Origin: Anaerolineales bacterium
Lineage (GTDB): Bacteria > Chloroflexota > Anaerolineae > Anaerolineales > UBA6663
Direction of reading: 5' to 3'
DNA: 64,000 nucleotides
NCBI GenBank assembly: GCA_020845955.1
Contig: JADLEU010000369.1
Location: 8,462 to 72,461 of the forward strand
The translations under genes and the position numbers were made by a program. The notes beneath the pieces are model-generated. The model saw nothing but the letters and a program-made list of their open reading frames with translations, was not told the DNA's origin and made no database searches. Positions 8,751 to 16,100 of this stretch are shown here, one piece after another; the stretch's first letter is position 1; every line of letters begins with the position of its first letter.

Positions 8751-10106
8751 TCACACGTCCAAGTATAGCCGAATGTCGCGCAGCAGCCCGGCCGGCCCGC
8801 GCGCGCGCAGGCTCTGCCAGGCCTTGGCCAGCAGACCGGGTTCCAGACTGGGCCGCCGGCCTGACGCGCCACGGTCAGGCGCAAACACCGGCTGGCGAGC
8901 AAACTCCACGAGCGGCGTAACCACCTGGGACCAGCGCCAGGCATGGGCCACGGCGCGCACCTGTTCCTGGCGCCGCTGGCGCTGGTCCGGCGTTTCGTCC
9001 AGCCAGGCTTCTACGGCGGCGGCGACACCCGTCACGTCACCCGGCGCGGTGACCAGTGCCAGGCCCCGCGCGGCCAACTCGGCCGACAAGGCGTCACCAG
9101 CCGAAAGCACCATCGGTAGGCCAGCCCACAGGTAGTCCAGCAAACGGGTGCGATAGGCAAAGCGCGTCTCAATGTGATCGAAGTGCAGGCTGATCCCGAG
9201 ATCGGCGTCCAGCAGGTAATCGGCACGTTCGTGATAGGGCACCCAGTCCTCATTGAAGAAAACGTGCTGCCCAGTGAGGCCCAAGGCCGCGCTCTCAGCC
9301 TGGGCCGCCGCGACCTGGCGCATGGCCGGCACTGCCGGGTTGGGGTGCCGCACCCCCGCAAAGAACAAGCGCAGGCCGGGCCGGCGTCGAGCGAGCGCGG
9401 CCACCGCCCGGATGGCGGTCAATGGATCGAACCATTCCCAAATTCCCCCGCCCCAGTAGACGACCTGGTCACCGGCGGCGATCCCAGGCCACACACCCTT
9501 GAGCGCAGCCCGGCGAGCGACGGGGGCCTCATCGGGCAGGCCAAAGGGCAGCACCGCAATAAGGCGGCGCAGGCTGGGATCGGCCTGAAAATTGAGGGGA
9601 TTGACGCGCTCGGCCGCGGCCAGCATGCCAAGCCAGAAATCGCGCTGGGTCTCGCTGGCACACAGGAAGAAATCACCGCGCCGCAACTGCTCATCCAGCA
9701 CGGCCAGATCGAGGCGATGGCGGGCGGCCTGATCGGGAACAAGACTGGCAGCATGGATCTCGAGGTTTTCGAGCAGGAATGGGTCGTACAGATCGACGAC
9801 GAGAGGCGCGGCTGCCTGGGCCAATGCGGGATAGTGCCGCAGCGCAAAGCCGCTCACCAGCAACGCGCCTGCCTCGGCCAAGGGCGCGGCCAGCCCGGCG
9901 CCCGTGATCCAGTCAAAGGCTGCCAGGCGCAGCGGCGGTGCGCTGGCGGCCAAAGCGTCAGCGCGCGCGGCGTCGACGGGCACTGCCAAGATCACTGGCA
10001 CTTCCGCGGCCAGCGCACATGCCAGGTGCCAGCAACGGATGGCCGGGCCCGACATCCGCACGCCGGGAGCTTCGTGACTGACGACCAGGAACGGGCGCGG
10101 CGGCAT
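8751..10106 (-). CDS. GT-B-like glycosyltransferase, stand-alone paralogue of the C-terminal module of 3662-6376
   Basis: Shared blocks include VVDLYDPFLLENL, RGDFFLCASETQRDFWLGMLAA, WGGGIWEWFDPL, RHPNPAVP and IETRFAYRTRLLDYLWAGLPMV. Counterparts such as VVDLYDPFMLENL and GDFFICGSERQRDLWMGVLAA occur in the 904-aa protein. Confidence 0.75.
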   Translation of the reverse strand: MPPRPFLVVSHEAPGVRMSGPAIRCWHLACALAAEVPVILAVPVDAARADALAASAPPLRLAAFDWITGAGLAAPLAEAGALLVSGFALRHYPALAQAAAPLVVDLYDPFLLENLEIHAASLVPDQAARHRLDLAVLDEQLRRGDFFLCASETQRDFWLGMLAAAERVNPLNFQADPSLRRLIAVLPFGLPDEAPVARRAALKGVWPGIAAGDQVVYWGGGIWEWFDPLTAIRAVAALARRRPGLRLFFAGVRHPNPAVPAMRQVAAAQAESAALGLTGQHVFFNEDWVPYHERADYLLDADLGISLHFDHIETRFAYRTRLLDYLWAGLPMVLSAGDALSAELAARGLALVTAPGDVTGVAAAVEAWLDETPDQRQRRQEQVRAVAHAWRWSQVVTPLVEFARQPVFAPDRGASGRRPSLEPGLLAKAWQSLRARGPAGLLRDIRLYLDV

Positions 10107-10127
10107 CTGGCGCTCTACCGGCCGCGG

Positions 10128-10976
10128 CTAGGCTTGCCCCGTCCCGCCAGGCTCACGCCCGAGCAGCCGTCCCAGGCGGCGCCCCCAACGGACCAGTCGA
10201 GACCCTTCAAAGGCCTTTACCTGGGCTTCCAACTGGGCAATTTGGGCCTCACAGGCAGCCAACCGCTCCGCGACGGCGCCGTGAGGCTGGCCGCCGAATA
10301 GCTCGGGATTACGCTGTGCCACGACCTGGCGGCGCAGCGCCACGTTCTCCTCCCAAAGGCGCCAGAACTTGCGCTCGTAGCCCCGGACGACACGCTGCCA
10401 GGGCTCGGTGGTCAGGCGCAGGCGCATCGCCCAGGGAGTGATAAAGGAGGCGTCAAAATCCACGTCACGCACGTAGCGGTGGGCGGCGAAGCGTTCAGCC
10501 CAGTATTCAAGCGGTTGCACGTTCAGGTGGGTGGCCTCGGTGAAGTCGCGGGGCGTTGACGAGATCAACAGGTCGCCAGCCGCGCCGCAGAGGTTGGCGA
10601 TTGCGGCCTCGCCTTCCCGGGGCGGTAGATGTTCCAATACCTCAATACACACGACCAGATCATACCGTTCGGCCAGCGGCTCTGTGATTGAGGCGAGGCG
10701 GCAGTAGGGCCGAATATCAGGCCTGACCTGCTGGAGGGCATAGTCAGAGAAGTCCAGGCCATATGCTTCCACGCCCCTGTCGCGCAATGCCTCCACCAGT
10801 AGGCCCATGGCGCAGCCGGCGTCAAGCACCCGGCGCGGCCCAATCTCGCGCACGATCGCGTCAGCTATGCCGCCAAACAGATTGAGCCAGGTGATAGTGC
10901 GGCCGTAAGGCTCGCCACAGCCGTGGGCAAAATAGGCAGCGTCGTAGAAGCGCGCGTCGTTTGAAGGTAAGGTCAT
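10128..10976 (-). CDS. Class I SAM-dependent methyltransferase with a C-terminal coiled-coil segment
   Basis: Motif I is present (RVLDAGCAMGLLVEAL), along with post-I and II-like DLVVCIEVLEHL. The C-terminus ERLAACEAQIAQLEAQVKAFEG is coiled-coil-like. Confidence 0.8.
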   Translation of the reverse strand: MTLPSNDARFYDAAYFAHGCGEPYGRTITWLNLFGGIADAIVREIGPRRVLDAGCAMGLLVEALRDRGVEAYGLDFSDYALQQVRPDIRPYCRLASITEPLAERYDLVVCIEVLEHLPPREGEAAIANLCGAAGDLLISSTPRDFTEATHLNVQPLEYWAERFAAHRYVRDVDFDASFITPWAMRLRLTTEPWQRVVRGYERKFWRLWEENVALRRQVVAQRNPELFGGQPHGAVAERLAACEAQIAQLEAQVKAFEGSRLVRWGRRLGRLLGREPGGTGQA

Positions 10977-11048
10977 ACCGCTGGTCTCGGAAGCCTGACG
11001 ATCCAGATTCTAGCAGAAGCGAACTGGCAGCCAGGCGCGTCGCGCACC

Positions 11049-12284
11049 CTACGCCCCCCGGCCCACTTTCCAGCCGCCTCCCAAGGTCATCAGGCCGTAG
11101 TGCTCGCCCTGGTAATCGGACGGATTCGCCACGCGAAACGCGTACTGGTGGGAGTGATAGTCGTAGGTTTCGCCGTCGTCTTGGCTCACCGCAGCCACGG
11201 AGACAAGATACAGTCCATTGAGGAGCGGCAGCGCCGGCACGGAGAAGGCCACTGTGCCGCGCCCTTCCAGGCGCGGCAGACGCAGTCCGCCGGTGCCGGT
11301 GTTGGGACCCGTGACGTGCACGCCGTCCTGGCGGTGCACGGCTAGGCCCAGTAGCGGTGCCTCGACTGGCCCGTGGGCGTCGTAGTCCATTTCGATCACG
11401 AGCGGCTCGCCGGTGGCGAAGATCGAACTGGGTTGGCCGCGGCCGTCGAGGATGCGCACCGCCGTGATCTCGAGGCGCCGGGTGCCCCACCGCTGAGAGG
11501 CAGGGCCGCCGGAAAAGTGATCGAGCCGCGCGGCCTCCTGCTCGGTGGCGTAGGCCTGGTATTGGAGCACGACCGAGTCCACGGGCCCATCGGCGCGCAC
11601 TCGGCCATGGTCAAACCACAGGGCGCGGCGGCAGACGCTGCGCACCGTGTCGAGCGAGTGCGAGACGAGGCAGATTGTGACATCAGCGGCCTGAAGCTGC
11701 GCGATGCGGTCAAGACACTTGAGCTGAAAAGCCTGGTCACCCACCGCCAAGACCTCGTCGACGAGCAGGACATCGGGGTCAAGATGAATACTTACGGCGA
11801 AGGCCAGGCGCGCAAACATGCCCGAGGAATAGTGCTTGACGGGAACGTCGATGAAGTCGGCCAACTCCGAAAATTCTACGATGGCGTCGAACTTGCGCCG
11901 CATCGTATCGCGATCCATGCCAATCAGTGCCCCGCTGAGAAAGACGTTGTCGCGCCCGCTCAGATCCGGGTGAAAACCGGTGCCCAACTCCAGCAGTGCG
12001 GCTACTCGGCCGGCCACCCGCACACACCCGGCCGTGGGGACAATAACGCGGCTGATGAGCTTGAGCGCCGTGCTCTTGCCCGCGCCATTCGGCCCGATCA
12101 ATGCCACCGTTTCACCGCGCCGGACCTCGAAAGAGGCTTCTTGCAGGGCCCAAAGCGTTTCTCGCGTCAGCGGCGCAGACCTAGGGCGCAGGGCCTGCAG
12201 CAGGACAGCTCGCGCGGAGCGCGGCCGGTCGTGGCGCAGGACATAGCGCTTGCTGACACGCTCAAAAGCGACAATGGGCGTCAC
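11049..12284 (-). CDS. Polysaccharide/O-antigen-type ABC exporter ATP-binding protein (Wzt/TagH-like) with a C-terminal Wzt_C-like beta-sandwich domain
   Basis: Walker A GPNGAGKST, signature YSSGM and Walker B VLLVDEVLAVGD are present. A ~155-aa C-terminal extension follows the NBD. The start is a GTG at 12284 that overlaps the upstream TGA (GTGA). Confidence 0.9.
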   Translation of the reverse strand: MTPIVAFERVSKRYVLRHDRPRSARAVLLQALRPRSAPLTRETLWALQEASFEVRRGETVALIGPNGAGKSTALKLISRVIVPTAGCVRVAGRVAALLELGTGFHPDLSGRDNVFLSGALIGMDRDTMRRKFDAIVEFSELADFIDVPVKHYSSGMFARLAFAVSIHLDPDVLLVDEVLAVGDQAFQLKCLDRIAQLQAADVTICLVSHSLDTVRSVCRRALWFDHGRVRADGPVDSVVLQYQAYATEQEAARLDHFSGGPASQRWGTRRLEITAVRILDGRGQPSSIFATGEPLVIEMDYDAHGPVEAPLLGLAVHRQDGVHVTGPNTGTGGLRLPRLEGRGTVAFSVPALPLLNGLYLVSVAAVSQDDGETYDYHSHQYAFRVANPSDYQGEHYGLMTLGGGWKVGRGA

Positions 12285-13063
12285 CGGTCACTCGTCGCCG
12301 GCTCGACGGCGCTCTCCACGGATGTGATCGCTACGGGCCGGATCAGCCGGCCGCCGAGACCCCAGGCCAGCGCGGCCAGGACTGCCAGATAGGCGGCGAA
12401 CACCGCGGCATAGAAGAGGGGTTCGCCCAGCCAACCGGGTTTGTTGGCCGCCAATCGCTGGAGCCCGGCCGCAACTGCCCAGCTTGGGGCAGGCTGATAG
12501 AACAGCAGGAAAGACAGGTCCTGAGCCCCCAACGGGACATGGCCATCCAGAAATTGCGCCCGGCCGCCGGCGTACGCGTCAGCCTGGCGGGCACCCACGG
12601 TGATGGCATTCCCTGGTCTGGCGGCCGGCGCTTCGAGGCAAAAGAAGGCAGGCACGCCTGCCGGCAGCGGGAGCGGCGCAAACTTGAAGGTCTGATAGGC
12701 ATTGTCGCGCACTCCGGCCATGTCGACGGTGAGGGTGGCCAGGTCGGCGGTGACATAGGGCGAGGCCTTGATATGCAGGCGCAGCGGACCATGGTTGACA
12801 CGCTGATAGATCGCCAGGAAGACGTCCACCCGATGCAGGCCCGGCGCATTGGCCACGAACGTCTGCCCGAGACAACGGCCGGGAAGGAGCTCGCCGAGGG
12901 TGGTGTCCGCGACGGTCTGGCCGTAGGGTCCGCCGACAGTTCGCTGATGTCCGCGGAGCCAAAGGGACAGGACAATGACGACCACCAGGCTGGTTAGCAG
13001 CAGACGGCCAGCCGCATCGTTGAAACGGCCACGCGCCGCGCGAGGCGTCACGCCGCGGCCCAT
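12281..13063 (-). CDS. Hypothetical protein with TM helices at both ends and a ~190-aa extracytoplasmic-looking domain
   Basis: The ATG at 13063 gives MGRGVTPRAARGRFNDAAGRLLLTSLVVVIVLSLWL. A second hydrophobic helix lies near the C-terminus (LFYAAVFAAYLAVLAALAWGL). This is not a 6-TM Wzm. The start is uncertain. Confidence 0.5.
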   Translation of the reverse strand: MGRGVTPRAARGRFNDAAGRLLLTSLVVVIVLSLWLRGHQRTVGGPYGQTVADTTLGELLPGRCLGQTFVANAPGLHRVDVFLAIYQRVNHGPLRLHIKASPYVTADLATLTVDMAGVRDNAYQTFKFAPLPLPAGVPAFFCLEAPAARPGNAITVGARQADAYAGGRAQFLDGHVPLGAQDLSFLLFYQPAPSWAVAAGLQRLAANKPGWLGEPLFYAAVFAAYLAVLAALAWGLGGRLIRPVAITSVESAVEPATSDR

Positions 13064-13076
13064 CGGAAACAGGCCG

Positions 13077-13150
13077 CGCCGCGTGCGGGACGATAGACAG
13101 GCACAGGCTTCATGACGTCGGCAATGGATTGTACCAGACCGCACGCGGCG
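13077..13150 (-). promoter_or_regulatory. Perfect 12-bp inverted repeat (50-nt spacer) at the DGC / glycan-operon junction, enclosing an extended -10-like TGGTACAAT
   Basis: cgccgcgtgcgg (13077-13088) is the exact reverse complement of ccgcacgcggcg (13139-13150). On the minus strand the loop contains tggTACAAT (13128-13136). Confidence 0.3.
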
Positions 13151-13152
13151 GG

Positions 13153-16100
13153 CTAGCTGCTGCGGGCAGCCTCAGGAAGCGGAGCGGCAGCGATGACGCG
13201 GTTCTTGCCGCCGCGCTTGGCCGCCAACTCGGCGTTGTCCGCCGCCAGCAACAACTCTTCAGCGGTGAGGGCATCATTGGGAAAGCTGGCAACCCCCAGG
13301 CTCAGGCTGTAGCCGGATATCGGCCGGCCTGGCCGGGCGCCCTTGCCGGCGACGGCTTCAGCCGCGGTGCGAACGCGCTCGGCCAGCGCCAAAGCTCCAG
13401 CCTTGGTGGTATGGGGCAGCAGAAGCGCGAACTCCTCGCCGCCGTAGCGCACCGGCAAGTCAGGATCGCGCACGTTGGCGCGCAGAATGCCGGCGATGGC
13501 CTTGAGCCGCTCGTTACCGGCCGGGTGGCCATAGGTGTCGTTGTATTCTTTGAACGAGTCGATATCCATAATGACTAGCGACAAAGCGTAGCCGTAGCGA
13601 CCGGCGCGGTGAAACTCAGTGGCGAGCGCGTGCTCGAACGCGCGTGGATTGGCCAGCCCGGTCAAGCTGTCGGTGACGGCCAGGCGCTGCACCTCCGCGT
13701 GCAATTGGGCGTTGTCGATGGCGACGGCGGCGGTGTTAGCAAAGGCCACCAGGCGGCGCAGGTCGGCGCGCGTGAAGGTGTTGGGCCGGGCAGCACCGAG
13801 GCTGATGACGCCCAATGGGGGGCCGTCGGCTCCCTTAGGGGCAAGCGGCGCAACGATCGCCGAGCGCAGGGCGCTCAGCTCGGGCAGCTGCTCGGGTAAC
13901 TGCTTGGGCCACACGGCAGCGTCGAAAACGGCGGCATCGGCGACGAGCAGCGGCTGGTTTTCGCGCAAGGCGCGGCCTGGATACCCCTGGTGGATCGGGA
14001 AGTACAGGCCCTGCACGCGCTGATCGCGATAACCGTGCGCGGCGCGCACAGTGAGCAAGCGCTGCTGCGGATCGGCCAGGATGACGGCGCCCTTCTCAGC
14101 CGGCGGGATGGCCGTGATCGCCGCAGCCAGGATATTCTGAAGCAAGGGCTCCAGTTCAAGCGTGCTCAGCAGGGCTTCGCTCGCCTTGAGCAGGGCATCT
14201 TGCTCTCGAAGGTTCTCCTGGACAGCCGTGTGCAGCCGGGCGTTTTCGAGAGCCACGCCGGCTTGAGCGGCCAGTCTTTGGCCCAACTGCAGATCGGTCT
14301 CGGTAAACGCGGGCTGCCCCTCCAGGCGGAACACTTCCAGAAGCCCGTAGACTTTGTCGGCCGCCAACAAAGGCAAGAGAAGGGCAGAACCATTCTGATG
14401 AGCACGCAGATAAGCGACCTCCGCTGGATCGGCAGCGGGATCGTCGACCGCCACGATGACGGCCAGGCGCTGCTCGAGCACACGGCGCGTCTGGGGATAG
14501 CGAGCCAGCGGATAGGGTGTGCCGCCCGCCTCCTGACCGGTGGAGGGCGGCAGGGCGTAATCGAGCAGGGTGACCACGCGGTCAGCGTCGCGATCCCAGA
14601 GCGAGACGGTGCTGCTGCTGGCCTGGAGCGCAGCCGTGACGTGCCGGACGGCCGCGTTGAGCACGGCCTCCTGCGAAAGCCCGGCCGACAGGTCGCGGGC
14701 GGCCGACAGCAGCAAGCGCTCCTCTTCAGCCCGGCGGCGCTGAGCGGCATACAGGCGCGCATTCTGCAGGGCAGTCGCTACGTGCTGGGCCAGCGTCTCC
14801 AGGGCCACCACGTCGACCGGACTGAAGGCCTGGGGTTGGCCGGTCTCGACGTAGATCATGCCGAGCAACTGGCCTTCGCGCAGCAGCGGCAGCGCCAACG
14901 CCGAACCTTGAGACCGGCCAAGCGAATCGAAATAGTATGGATCCTCGGCGATGTTGTTGGCCAGGTAAGTGGAACGGGTCAGGGCTGCATGACCGGCTGC
15001 GCCAGTGCCCATCTTCAGGCGGAAACCGATTTGGACGGGGATGGCTTCGGTGGCGGCCAGAGCCACCACTGTAAGCTCACCGGCCTCGGCGGGCAGCATA
15101 ATGGCGGCCTCGGAGAAGCCTAGGCGATTGACCAAGGCGCCCGCCGCGCGCTGCAGCAACTGGGCTTCATCGAGCGTGTCAGCCACTTGCTGGCTGACCT
15201 CTGACAACAGCGCCAATTGCGCTGCACGGCGTCGCTCGGCGTCGAACAGGCGCGCGTTCTGAAGCGCCAGCGCGGCCTGGCCAGCCAGGGCCGACAACTG
15301 CTGGGCATGGAAGGGCTGGAAGTGGCCTGGCTCGCGTTTGCGCAGCACAAAGCAGGCAATAACCTTCCGCTGCGCCACGATGGGCACTCCCAACAGGGCA
15401 GGTAAGTAAGCGTCGATGGGGCTAGCGACCCAGCCAGGAGCCTCGCGCGTGTCGGCGATGAGCAGGGGGCGATGGGTCTCGGTCAGCCAGCGCAGATTGG
15501 GCGCCAGGCTGATGTGTTGATCGGGTGAAGCCAGCAAGTCTGAGGCCTCGGAATCGAGTCCTTCAAGCTCGCGATGGCGCACCATGCGCGCGCCCTGGCT
15601 GTCAGCGTCGAGCACCAGCAGGGAGGCAGCATCACAGGGCACAATCCGCGCCGCTTGATCGAGCAAGCGGTCAAGGACAGTGTCGATTTCCAGGGTCGTG
15701 CTGAGGGCGATGCTGGCTTCGTGCAGAGCGACCGCCAACTCGCGCTGGCGTCGCTCGGATTCGAACAGCCGGGCATTCTCGAGCGCCACGGCGGCCTGGT
15801 CGGCCAGCAGGTCCAGGATGCGCAGCTCGCCTTCGTCAAAAACGTGCGGCCGAGTGTAGGCCACATTCATGACGCCACACACCCGCTGCCCCATACGCAG
15901 TGGCAGCCCAACGATGGCGCCGCCCCATCGCCAATCGTTGAAGAGCTGATGCCGGTTGACGTCCGTCACGGCCAGGCGCTGGCCGGTGAGCGCAACCGTT
16001 TCGGTCAGGCCGCCGCGGCGCGCGGTGGTGAATGGCTCCTCGCGGTGGCCCTCGGCCCAGAGGGCGGCGCCGAACGTGAGGGTGTGTCCATCGTAGAGAA

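Noticed and set aside
9174-10301. Long plus-strand ORFs antisense to well-supported minus-strand genes. Examples are 9174-10301, 13990-15123, 27768-28623, 29622-30971, 39151-40509, 43146-45181, 46259-47149, 47936-49507, 59785-60927 and 60930-62027.
   Set aside because: This is the typical high-GC antisense artefact. The products are Arg/Gly/Pro/Ala-rich with no recognisable motifs. Each is fully overlapped by a gene with strong family signatures on the other strand.
12281-13144. The gene upstream of wzt as the Wzm permease, and the longer GTG-initiated form starting at 13144.
   Set aside because: Only two hydrophobic helices flank a large soluble domain, which is not the 6-TM ABC-2 topology. 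The first 27 codons of the long form are Cys/Arg-rich and overlap the inverted-repeat element.
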